From Acidobacteriota bacterium (lineage in GTDB: Bacteria > Acidobacteriota > Polarisedimenticolia > SMYD01), in the NCBI GenBank assembly GCA_046757965.1, contig JBHHZI010000003.1, positions 795 through 64,794 of the forward strand: 64,000 nucleotides of DNA, given 5' to 3'. The notes beneath the pieces were generated by a model. It was not told the origin of the DNA and searched no databases. It saw only the letters and a program-made list of their open reading frames with translations. Positions 19,092-27,717 of this stretch are shown in pieces. Both the position numbers and the translations under genes were made by a program. The stretch's first letter is position 1. Each line of letters starts with the position of its first letter.

Positions 19092-20447
19092 TCAGGAGCG
19101 GCTCCGGCTGCTCACGCCTGTGCCCACCAGGCGTTCAAGGGCGTGGGGCTGCTTGGGAATGGCGGCCGTGAGGACCGTCCGCCCGCCGGCGGTGACCTGG
19201 ACATCGTCCTCGATCCGCACGCCGATCCCCCGGTACCGCGCAGGAATGTCTCGATCGTCCGGCGGAAAGTAAAGACCCGGTTCGATGGTGAGCACCATAC
19301 CCGGACGCAGGCGGACATCCTTTCCGGAAGGCCCCACATCGTGGACATCGATACCCAGCCAGTGGCTGGTCCGGTGGAGCGAGTACCTGCGGTGACGACC
19401 GGATTCGAAGATCTCGGTGGCCGAACCTTGCATCAGACCCAGTCTCACCAGACCGGCGGCCAGCACGCGGCTGGCGACCTGATGAGGGTCCACGAAGCGC
19501 CGCCCCGGACGCACCGTGGCGATCGCCTCCTCCTGAGCGGCGAGAACCAGGTCATAGATATCCCGCTGTGCCGGGGTGAAGCGTCCGTTGACGGCCACCG
19601 TGCGCGTCACGTCCGCACTGTAGTAGTCGAACTCACACCCCGCGTCGATGAGCACGAGATCCCCGGACCGCATCCGCCGGCGATTGCGATCCGAGTGCAG
19701 GATGCACGCGTTGGGACCGGAGGCCACGATCGACGGGTACGCCGGGCCGGACGCTCCCTGGCGCAGGAACTCACCTTCCAGGACCGCCTCGATCTCGTAC
19801 TCGAAACGCCCCGGGGCCACGACGCCCATGGCCAGGCGGTGAGCGTCGCACGTGATCCTCGCCGCGCGGCGAAGCGTGCGGAGCTCGCCGTCACCCTTGG
19901 TCAGGCGCATGGAGTGAATCAGCGAAGACAGCTCCGTCACCTCGAGACCGCGGCGACGCGAGCGGACGCGGCGCACCGACCGGCGCACGATCCGGTCGAT
20001 CCGCCGGTGTCCGCCACCCGAGTAGTGCAGCGTCCTCGCGCCTGCCAGCAATTCCTCCAGCGTTGCGCCCAGCTCCTCGAGGGGGCGGCTCACGTCCGCA
20101 CCGTAGATCTCGCGCGCCTCGTCCAGACCGGCCCGGGGTCCTTCCCACACCTCCCGGTCCGGGTCACGTGGACGGATGAACAGCCAGAATCGTCCGCGCC
20201 GCTCGCCGGGGGCGAGGACCGCGACCACCTCCGGTTCCGCCAGCCCCGTCAGGTAGAAGAAGTCGCTGTCCTGGCGAAACGGATAGCTGATGTCCCGCGA
20301 GTACGAGGCGACCGGTGCCGCGGTCAGGACGGCGACGCCGCCGGCCAGGCGACGCAGGAGTCGGCGCCGGCGCCGGGCGAACATCACGCCACCGGCCACC
20401 GGACGGTTCACGACACGGGTCCGGGCAGCGAGACGATACCGGCGCAA
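19092..20447 (-). CDS. pepP: Xaa-Pro aminopeptidase (M24B)
   Basis: YPFRQDSDFFYLTG, HWLGIDVHD and GIGVRIEDD align with E. coli PepP. The start may instead be M22 (20384). Confidence 0.8.
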   Translation of the reverse strand: MRRYRLAARTRVVNRPVAGGVMFARRRRRLLRRLAGGVAVLTAAPVASYSRDISYPFRQDSDFFYLTGLAEPEVVAVLAPGERRGRFWLFIRPRDPDREVWEGPRAGLDEAREIYGADVSRPLEELGATLEELLAGARTLHYSGGGHRRIDRIVRRSVRRVRSRRRGLEVTELSSLIHSMRLTKGDGELRTLRRAARITCDAHRLAMGVVAPGRFEYEIEAVLEGEFLRQGASGPAYPSIVASGPNACILHSDRNRRRMRSGDLVLIDAGCEFDYYSADVTRTVAVNGRFTPAQRDIYDLVLAAQEEAIATVRPGRRFVDPHQVASRVLAAGLVRLGLMQGSATEIFESGRHRRYSLHRTSHWLGIDVHDVGPSGKDVRLRPGMVLTIEPGLYFPPDDRDIPARYRGIGVRIEDDVQVTAGGRTVLTAAIPKQPHALERLVGTGVSSRSRS

Positions 20448-21073
20448 AACTCCGTCACGATCTCCCGGACGGTGTCGACCTTGCCGGTGAAGAAATGATC
20501 GACACCCGGAATGACCCGGAACTGCACCGCCGGTCCCAGCCCGGCGACGAGGGCGTGCACATCGCTCACCGGTCCGTACAGATCGTTCTCACCCTGGAGA
20601 ACGAGCAACGGGCGCGTCTCCGATCTCAGGAAGTCGAACGAATCATGCGCCAGGGGCAACCCCATGGCGATCAGGCCGGCAACCTCCGGCCGACTCCGGG
20701 CGGTTCTCAGCCCGACCATCGCCCCGAACGAGAACCCGGCCGCAACCACCGGTACGGGGCCGAAACGATCCTCCAGCAGGTCCAGCGCCGCACCGACATC
20801 CTGACACTCTCCGCGACCGGCGTCATGAACACCCTCGGAGCGCCCCACGCCGCGAAAATTGAAGCGGAGCGCGGCCATCCGCGCCGCCACCAGTCCCTTC
20901 GCGGCCTGGTAGACGACCTTGTTGTGCATCGTGCCGCCGTGGAGCGGATGCGGATGGCAGACCACTCCGGCGCCGGCCGGCTCACCCACGGGCGGCTCGA
21001 GAAGTGCCTCGAGGCGGCCTGCCGGACCTGCGAGATCGATCCGTCGTGATGACGGCGCGAGATCGGGTTCCAT
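20408..21073 (-). CDS. alpha/beta-fold hydrolase
   Basis: GFSFGAM is the nucleophile-elbow GxSxG motif, with catalytic D/H downstream. The start is at M170 of the listed ORF. Confidence 0.55.
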   Translation of the reverse strand: MEPDLAPSSRRIDLAGPAGRLEALLEPPVGEPAGAGVVCHPHPLHGGTMHNKVVYQAAKGLVAARMAALRFNFRGVGRSEGVHDAGRGECQDVGAALDLLEDRFGPVPVVAAGFSFGAMVGLRTARSRPEVAGLIAMGLPLAHDSFDFLRSETRPLLVLQGENDLYGPVSDVHALVAGLGPAVQFRVIPGVDHFFTGKVDTVREIVTEFCAGIVSLPGPVS

Positions 21074-21102
21074 CTTCTTCCTTGCAGGCACGCACGCTCC
21101 CA

Positions 21103-22290
21103 TCATCGTCGAGTCGACGGTCGGGATTGTAGTCTCGAGAGCCGTTGCCGGCCGGTGCCGCACAGATCGAGTCTGTCGACGGCGGCAAGCGACTTGCGAC
21201 ACGCCGTGCTGAGGGGGAGCGCCGGGGTGGTGTCCGGGCGCAGGATGCGATGCGTCCGGGGCAGCAGGAGCGCGGTGCTCCGCTCCCGGGGCCGGAGCGG
21301 GTGGGAATGCCTCGCGCCGGGGTCGACCATCCCGCCCCGGATGTCGAGCACGATGCGCTTTCGCATCACCGTGTGCCTGACGGACGCCAGGATGCCGCTG
21401 ACGCTGACGCTCAACCCCGTCTGAGCGGCCACAACCCGCTCGATGCCACCGACATCCAGCGGACCCGACGGTTCCTCCAACCCGGACACACCGGGCAGCT
21501 CCCACATGCCGGCCAGGGGCACACCCTCGGGTCGCTGCACCAGAACAACCCCACCTTTCCTCCGGATCAGCACACCACACGCCGAGACCTGGCGGAGGCG
21601 TGGTCGCTTCACGATCGCCGGATACTTCTCCGGGGCGCCTTCACTCCGCGCCGCGCAATGGCGCCGAACCGGGCATCGCGAGCAGGCCGGTCGGCGCGGC
21701 GTGCACACGGTGGCGCCCAGATCCATCAACGCCTGGTTCAGATCCCCGGGCCGCCGCCCGCGGAGAAGTTCACGAAGTGTGTCGTCGAATCGACGGCGCT
21801 CGGCGCTTCCCTGTCCCGGCGTCGCCGCCAGGCGGCACAGCACTCTGGCCACGTTGCCGTCAAGGGCCGGCTCCGGGCAGGAGAAGGCGATGGAGGCCAC
21901 GGCCCCGGCGGTGTACGGGCCGACACCCGGCAAGGCCCGCAGCTGATCGGGCCGCTGCGGTACCTCACCGCCGTAGGTCGCGACGATCTCGCGACAGGTG
22001 CGGACGAGATTGCGCGCCCGGGAATAGTAACCCAGACCGGACCACGCGGCGAGGACATCTTCCTCGCGGGCCGCCGCCAGCGATGCCGCATCGGGGAAGC
22101 GGGTGATGAAATCCTGATAGTAGGGAATGGCGGTGGAGACTGTCGTCTGCTGGAGCATCACCTCCGAGACAAGGATGCGATAGGGGTCGGAGGTCCGGCG
22201 CCACGGGAGGTCCCGGTGCCCCCGGTCGTAGAAGCGAAGGAGACTTCGCCTCACCGCCCGAGCCGTCTCTCGCCCCGGCGGCAGCCTCAT
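21103..22290 (-). CDS. mutY: A/G-specific adenine DNA glycosylase
   Basis: The HhH-GPD core, the CTPRRPACSRCPVRRHC Fe-S loop and a C-terminal NUDIX-like domain are present. The listed ORF start (22542) lies upstream of an intrinsic terminator, so the start is placed at M85. Confidence 0.8.
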   Translation of the reverse strand: MRLPPGRETARAVRRSLLRFYDRGHRDLPWRRTSDPYRILVSEVMLQQTTVSTAIPYYQDFITRFPDAASLAAAREEDVLAAWSGLGYYSRARNLVRTCREIVATYGGEVPQRPDQLRALPGVGPYTAGAVASIAFSCPEPALDGNVARVLCRLAATPGQGSAERRRFDDTLRELLRGRRPGDLNQALMDLGATVCTPRRPACSRCPVRRHCAARSEGAPEKYPAIVKRPRLRQVSACGVLIRRKGGVVLVQRPEGVPLAGMWELPGVSGLEEPSGPLDVGGIERVVAAQTGLSVSVSGILASVRHTVMRKRIVLDIRGGMVDPGARHSHPLRPRERSTALLLPRTHRILRPDTTPALPLSTACRKSLAAVDRLDLCGTGRQRLSRLQSRPSTRR

Positions 22291-22390
22291 GCCCGGATCG
22301 CCGCATCCTGCGCCCGGCACCCTGTCGCGGGACTGTCCACCGGGCCATCCTACCAGCCAGGCAGGACCGGTCGCCGGCGCTCGGCGCGCA

Positions 22391-22424
22391 CAAAAAAGGG
22401 GAGGCCACCCCACGACGCCTCCCC
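22391..22424 (-). terminator. Rho-independent terminator (8-bp GC stem GGGGAGGC/GCCTCCCC, 11-nt loop, followed by TTTTTTG on the minus strand)
   Basis: Read directly from the sequence at 22392-22424. It lies about 100 nt upstream of the mutY start. Confidence 0.55.
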
Positions 22425-22793
22425 CATGGAGCCCGGACCACCCGGTCCGCTCCATGTCCGTCCCCGCCATCGGGCGAGGCGTGCCGACCCGGAGCAAGAC
22501 AGGTGCCCGCCAGAGCCAGACCCTGAAGTTCACGGCCAACATGCTGTTTTCAAAGAAGTTAGCGCGAACAGAGGAGATGCGGGGCGGAAGTGCGAGTTTC
22601 CCGATTGTAAGTAATTCTTACATGGTGGTGCGATCCGGCGGACCCGGCCGGAACCGATCCGGAGCCCCTCCGGTCCTGTTCCGATCACCTCCGGCGGCAA
22701 GAATCCGCCCAGCGCCATGGGTATATCCTTGGACCGTTCTTGACGTGGCCACCACACCGACCCCCCACCTGACGCCCAATCACGGAGCGGACC

Positions 22794-24119
22794 ATGACCG
22801 GGAAAAACTCTCTCACGATCACCGACAACCGCACTGGCAAGCAGTTCGAGATTCCGATCATCCACGACACCATCCGCGCCATGGACCTGCGCCAGATCAA
22901 GGTGTCCGAGAACGACTTCGGGATGCTGAGCTACGATCCGGCATTCACCAACACCGCAAGTTGCACGAGCCGGATCACGTTCATCGACGGGGATCGGGGG
23001 ATCCTCGAGTACCGTGGCTACCCCATCGATCAGCTCGCCGAGCAGAGCAGCTACCTCGAGACCGCTCTCCTGCTCATCGATGGAGAGCTACCGGATGAGG
23101 CCTCCCTGAGCCGGTGGACCCACGAGATCACCCACCACACGCTCCTCCACGAGAACATCAAGAAGTTCATCGACGGCTTTCGTCACGACGCCCATCCCAT
23201 GGGCACTCTGATCTCCGCGACCGCCGCGCTCTCCACGTTCTATCCCGACGCGAAGAACATCTTCGACGCTGATTCCCGCCGGTTGCAGATCTACCGGCTG
23301 ATCGGGAAGATGACGACTCTGGCCGCCTTCGCCTACCGGCACAGTCGTGGGCTGCGCTATGTGTATCCCGACAATGATCTCAGTTACGCCGGCAATTTTC
23401 TCGCCATGCTCTTCCGGATGACCGACAAGCCCTACGTCGCCGACCCGGTTCTCGAACGGGCTCTCGACGTGCTCTTCATCCTGCATGCCGACCACGAGCA
23501 GAACTGCTCCGCCAGCGCCATGCGTGGGGTTGGTTCCAGCCATCCCGACCCGTACGTGGCCACGGCAGCAGCGTGCGCGGCACTGTACGGTCCGCTGCAC
23601 GGCGGGGCCAATGAGGCGGTGCTGCGGATGCTTCACGAGATCGGCGATGTCGGCCGCATCCCCGGGTTCATCAAGCGGGCCAAGATCGGCGAGACCCGGC
23701 TGATGGGCTTCGGACACCGCGTGTACAAGAACTACGACCCGAGGGCACGCATCATCAAGAACATCGCCGATCAGGTCTTCGAGGTCACCGGCCGCAATCC
23801 GCTGCTGGACATCGCGCTGGAACTGGAACGCATCGCCCTGCAGGACGACTACTTCGTGACCAGGAGGCTCTACCCGAATGTCGATTTCTATTCGGGACTC
23901 ATCTACCAGGCGATGGGATTTCCGGTGGACATGTTCCCTGTACTGTTCGCCATCCCCCGGACGGCGGGCTGGCTGGCCCAGTGGCAGGAGATGCTGCAGG
24001 ACCCCGAACAGAAGATCGCCCGCCCGCGCCAGGTCTTCATCGGCGCGCCACGGCGGGATTTCGTGCCGCTGGCGCGGCGCATTGGCATCGAAACCCCGCG
24101 GGAGGCAGACGCGTCATGA
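22794..24119 (+). CDS. gltA: citrate synthase (type II)
   Basis: Full-length match to citrate synthase signatures (GYRGYPID, HADHEQN, GFGHRVYK). Confidence 0.9.
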   Translation: MTGKNSLTITDNRTGKQFEIPIIHDTIRAMDLRQIKVSENDFGMLSYDPAFTNTASCTSRITFIDGDRGILEYRGYPIDQLAEQSSYLETALLLIDGELPDEASLSRWTHEITHHTLLHENIKKFIDGFRHDAHPMGTLISATAALSTFYPDAKNIFDADSRRLQIYRLIGKMTTLAAFAYRHSRGLRYVYPDNDLSYAGNFLAMLFRMTDKPYVADPVLERALDVLFILHADHEQNCSASAMRGVGSSHPDPYVATAAACAALYGPLHGGANEAVLRMLHEIGDVGRIPGFIKRAKIGETRLMGFGHRVYKNYDPRARIIKNIADQVFEVTGRNPLLDIALELERIALQDDYFVTRRLYPNVDFYSGLIYQAMGFPVDMFPVLFAIPRTAGWLAQWQEMLQDPEQKIARPRQVFIGAPRRDFVPLARRIGIETPREADAS

Positions 24120-24907
24120 GCGAGCAGAGACTGGTCAACTACCGGGTTGTCGACGGCGTGGCTCACATCCGGCTCGACGACCCCCCGGCGAATGCCTACA
24201 CCCACGAGATGATGTTGCAACTCGATGCCGCGATCCTGCGGGCCCGGTTCGACGAAGACGTTCACGTCATCGTGCTGACCGGCGAGGGCGAGAAGATGTT
24301 CTGTGCCGGCGCCAACATCGAGACACTCCGGCAGATGCGTCCGGCATACAAGGACAGCTTCTGTCTCCACGCGAACGAGACTCTGAACCGTCTCGAGCAG
24401 ACCCCGAAGCTGGTGATCGCGGCGCTCAACGGCCATACCGTCGGCGGCGGGCTCGAGGTCGCCCTGGCCGCCGACCTGCGCGTGGCGCGCCGGGGTGGAG
24501 GAAAGATCGGTCTGCCTGAGGTGACGCTCGGTGTGCTCCCGGGGACCGGGGGCACCCAGCGCCTGGTTCGCCTGGTTGGCAAGGCACGTGCCATGGAGAT
24601 GATGGTGTCCGGGAAGCTCGTCGACTTCGACACGGCGGTGAAATGGGGCCTCATTCACGAGGTGCTCGATGGAGAAGATTTTCCGGGCGCGGTGAGCGAG
24701 TATGCTTCCCGGTTCGTCCCTCCGCGAGCGGCACCCCTGGCAGTGGGACTGATCAAGAGAGCCGTGCAGACCGGGGCCGAGATGGGATTCGCCGAGAGTC
24801 TGGCCCTGGAACGGGAACTCCAGTCCCGCCTGTTCTGCACGGCCGACGCGGTGGAGGGACTCGATGCGAATCGTGCCCGGCGTCCACCGCGGTTCACAGG
24901 TCGCTGA
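24116..24907 (+). CDS. enoyl-CoA hydratase/isomerase (crotonase family)
   Basis: ALNGHTVGGGLEVALAADLRVA is the crotonase oxyanion/catalytic region. Its ATG overlaps the gltA stop as ATGA. Confidence 0.8.
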   Translation: MSEQRLVNYRVVDGVAHIRLDDPPANAYTHEMMLQLDAAILRARFDEDVHVIVLTGEGEKMFCAGANIETLRQMRPAYKDSFCLHANETLNRLEQTPKLVIAALNGHTVGGGLEVALAADLRVARRGGGKIGLPEVTLGVLPGTGGTQRLVRLVGKARAMEMMVSGKLVDFDTAVKWGLIHEVLDGEDFPGAVSEYASRFVPPRAAPLAVGLIKRAVQTGAEMGFAESLALERELQSRLFCTADAVEGLDANRARRPPRFTGR

Positions 24908-25045
24908 CCCCGGAACCGACCTGCGTTTCCGGCCGCCTCGGCTGGCGTCCTGTGAATCATCCGGGCTAGACTGATGCGGTTCCATGCAGGCTGAGAGTCG
25001 GACCGCCGCGTAGTCAACGATTTGCCGTTCGTTCGAGGAGAAGAG

Positions 25046-25537
25046 ATGAAGGTGACCGAAACGTTTCGCTCTGCCACGTCGAGACTGATCCTGGCCGGTA
25101 CCGCGGCCCTGCTGCTGGTCGGCCTGCCGCAGGTCGCGAGGTCTGCGTTCCCACCCGAGAAGCTCGAGAATCTCCAGATCTTCCCGGAGAACACGCCGCC
25201 GCGGCAGCTGATCGAAACGATGAAGGGTTTCTCGAAGGCGCTCGGTGTTCGCTGCTGGCACTGTCATGTCGGGCAGGAGGGACAGGACCTCGCGCAGTTC
25301 GACTTCGTCAGCGACAAGAAGGCCACCAAGCAGGTCGCACGGGAAATGATGAAGATGACCATGTCGATCCGCAAGAACTCCTTGCCCGAGGTGGCCCGCA
25401 TCATGCGAGAGGTCGGTGGCGAGGCTGATGCCAGCCCGCAGGTCAACTGCTTCACGTGTCATCGGGGACAGGCCCACCCCGGCGCTCCAGAAGGCCCCCA
25501 GCACAGGCAAGAGGGCGCGGGCCACAGCGGCAAGTGA
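25046..25537 (+). CDS. diheme c-type cytochrome, periplasmic
   Basis: Signal peptide, then two CxxCH motifs (CWHCH, CFTCH). Confidence 0.6.
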   Translation: MKVTETFRSATSRLILAGTAALLLVGLPQVARSAFPPEKLENLQIFPENTPPRQLIETMKGFSKALGVRCWHCHVGQEGQDLAQFDFVSDKKATKQVAREMMKMTMSIRKNSLPEVARIMREVGGEADASPQVNCFTCHRGQAHPGAPEGPQHRQEGAGHSGK

Positions 25538-25599
25538 CCTCCGGTTCCCTCCAGTGCCCCCGCCGCGCGCCGGGCCCGGCGGCGAGAACCTTGCTTCTC

Positions 25600-26382
25600 A
25601 TGATCACAGGAGCGAGTCTTGTCGTCGCGGGCCCGGCGGCGGCGGGAACGCCAAACGCATCGAGGAGGGCCATCCGCGAGTTTCACGCCCGGTTGCCAGC
25701 CGGCGCACACGTCGCGGGAGAGGGTGGCGTGCCCAGGCCGCTCGCCTCCGTGTCACCTCCGCCTCGTTATCCCCTTGCGGCGATGCGCGACGAGATCGAG
25801 GGCCTGGTCACCCTGATGGTCCGCATCGATATCGGCGGTCGCGTGAGTGCAGTCGAGACGCTCGAGACGGCGCCGGAAGGCCAGGGGTTCAGCCAGGCCG
25901 CCGTCGCAGCGGTCTCCGGCTGGCGATACTCTCCGGCTCTGCTCGATGGCCATCCCGTCGCCGCGTACACGCTCGTCACGGTCTCGTTCGAGCCGGAGCG
26001 GGAGCGGGAGGATCGTCTCTGGGCCGAGCGCCGGGCCGGCCTGGAGTCCTACGCCAGGTCCTCCCTCTACCCCGAGGCTCCGAACGTGGCCGGCGAGGAT
26101 GGCGTCAGCCTGCCCGAGGTTCTCAAGAAGCGTTCACCGGTCAACCAGTCCTATCCCCGCGCCGCGCGCCTTCGCCAGATCCGTTCCCGTGCGGTCGTTC
26201 TGGTGGAGGTCAAATCGGACGGGACGGTCGGTGAGATCTTGCTCGCCAATGCCGAGAAATCCGGTTTCGGTTTCGAGAAGGCCGCCGGCGAAGCGGTCGG
26301 TCAGTGGCTGTTCGCGCCGGCGATGAAGAACGGCGTGGCGGTCGACGCCTGGCACTGGGTCGAGATCGAGTTCACCCCGTAG
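25600..26382 (+). CDS. TonB-family energy transducer, with a duplicated TonB C-terminal domain
   Basis: N-terminal anchor, followed by two TonB_C-like segments (..VTLMVRIDIGGRV.. and ..VVLVEVKSDGTVGEI..). Confidence 0.55.
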   Translation: MITGASLVVAGPAAAGTPNASRRAIREFHARLPAGAHVAGEGGVPRPLASVSPPPRYPLAAMRDEIEGLVTLMVRIDIGGRVSAVETLETAPEGQGFSQAAVAAVSGWRYSPALLDGHPVAAYTLVTVSFEPEREREDRLWAERRAGLESYARSSLYPEAPNVAGEDGVSLPEVLKKRSPVNQSYPRAARLRQIRSRAVVLVEVKSDGTVGEILLANAEKSGFGFEKAAGEAVGQWLFAPAMKNGVAVDAWHWVEIEFTP

Positions 26383-26431
26383 AGACCGTGCGGATCTGCC
26401 CACCGGGGCACGCGAATCGAGACGCCGGCGC

Positions 26432-27463
26432 CTACTTCATGCGCCGCGCATGCCGGTAGAGGAAGCTCTCGAATCGATCCAGATCACCGGACACCGTGCG
26501 CCGGAACGTGGCGACGCCTCCCTCGCCCTGGCGCTCCCGGGCGAGGAATGCGGCCGGTCGAGGTCGCAGCTCCCCATCGCCTCCATGCAGCAGGAAGTGC
26601 ACCAGGATCCAGGCCTCGATCTCCGCCTGGCGGCGAGTCTCCACGTCGTCGAACCGGTGATCCGCCGGCAGATCGAGCAACTCATCGACCGGCACCTGTC
26701 GTTTCTTCCGGTAGGCCGTCACGGCCGATTTCACGGCCCGACGCGGCTCCTCTGCCCAGGTCATCCCGGAGCTGAGACGGCCTGCGCCGGTGACGTCCCG
26801 GATGTATCCCTCGCTATCCCGGAGGTCACCCGCCACGAATCGACCGCTCCGATCGACACGTGTCTGCATGAAGTACCCGGCCAGCCCCTCCCTCAGCCAC
26901 CACGACCCCGCCACGCCCGGCTCGTAGAGCAGGATCTGGTGTCCGGCGTGGGCCACGGCGAAGAACAGCACGGCGCGATCACTCGGCCCCAGTATGGCGG
27001 ATCCGTCGAACGCGACCATCGGTGGAGACCGGCGCCACAGCACACCCCTTCTTTCCCCGTCCGGCGGACCGGGCGATGCGCGACGAAACGCCACGAACTC
27101 GGCAGGCGTCGCGCAGCGAACCACGGTCACTCTCTGGTCCACCACCCGGGTCGGCACCAGACTGGCGATGGTCTTCTCGTAGAATCGCCAGAATCTCTCC
27201 AGTTCCGCGATCCATGTCTCCCCTGCCCGTCCCCCGTGCTCCGGCATGTAGAACCGGTAATGCTCGGTGGTGAGGACCTCGGCTCGCCGGGCCGTGGCGG
27301 CCTCCACCGCGGGCAGGATCCAGGCGGCCGCGCCGTCTGACCCACGCGAATCGCCCGCCTCGGTGTCCGTCGCGACCGCCACGGGACGGTCGACAGACCG
27401 GGCCGATGGCGCGCCGGTCAGTGCCGGGACCAGTCCAGTACAGATGAGACCGAGGAGAAACAT
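26432..27463 (-). CDS. secreted DUF1570-like protein
   Basis: Signal peptide MFLLGLICTGLVPALTG, and a WWLREGLAGYF motif. The start is M63 of the listed ORF. Confidence 0.4.
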   Translation of the reverse strand: MFLLGLICTGLVPALTGAPSARSVDRPVAVATDTEAGDSRGSDGAAAWILPAVEAATARRAEVLTTEHYRFYMPEHGGRAGETWIAELERFWRFYEKTIASLVPTRVVDQRVTVVRCATPAEFVAFRRASPGPPDGERRGVLWRRSPPMVAFDGSAILGPSDRAVLFFAVAHAGHQILLYEPGVAGSWWLREGLAGYFMQTRVDRSGRFVAGDLRDSEGYIRDVTGAGRLSSGMTWAEEPRRAVKSAVTAYRKKRQVPVDELLDLPADHRFDDVETRRQAEIEAWILVHFLLHGGDGELRPRPAAFLARERQGEGGVATFRRTVSGDLDRFESFLYRHARRMK

Positions 27464-27717
27464 GACGGACGAGTCTACCCCGGATGTCAACCGATTTCTC
27501 CTCTCCCGCGACCGGTTCTGCTGCGTCCTGCGCGCCCCGGATCTCCTGGCAGGGCGGACAACCCGGCCCCGGCGCCGGCGCACTCCTTGCGTCCGGCGGC
27601 CGGTCACCGTATACGTAGGCATCCTTCCGGGCGTGCCGGGGCTGGCCATGTCCGGACTCTCCGCCGACAGTTGATGACCCGTATGACGGGACCCATGCCG
27701 GGGCCAGGGGGAATTCC

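Noticed and set aside
21145-22614. 489-aa plus-strand ORF and the N-terminal extension of mutY (22291-22542)
   Set aside because: The plus ORF is antisense to mutY. The mutY extension contains an intrinsic terminator, and MutY homology begins at M85.
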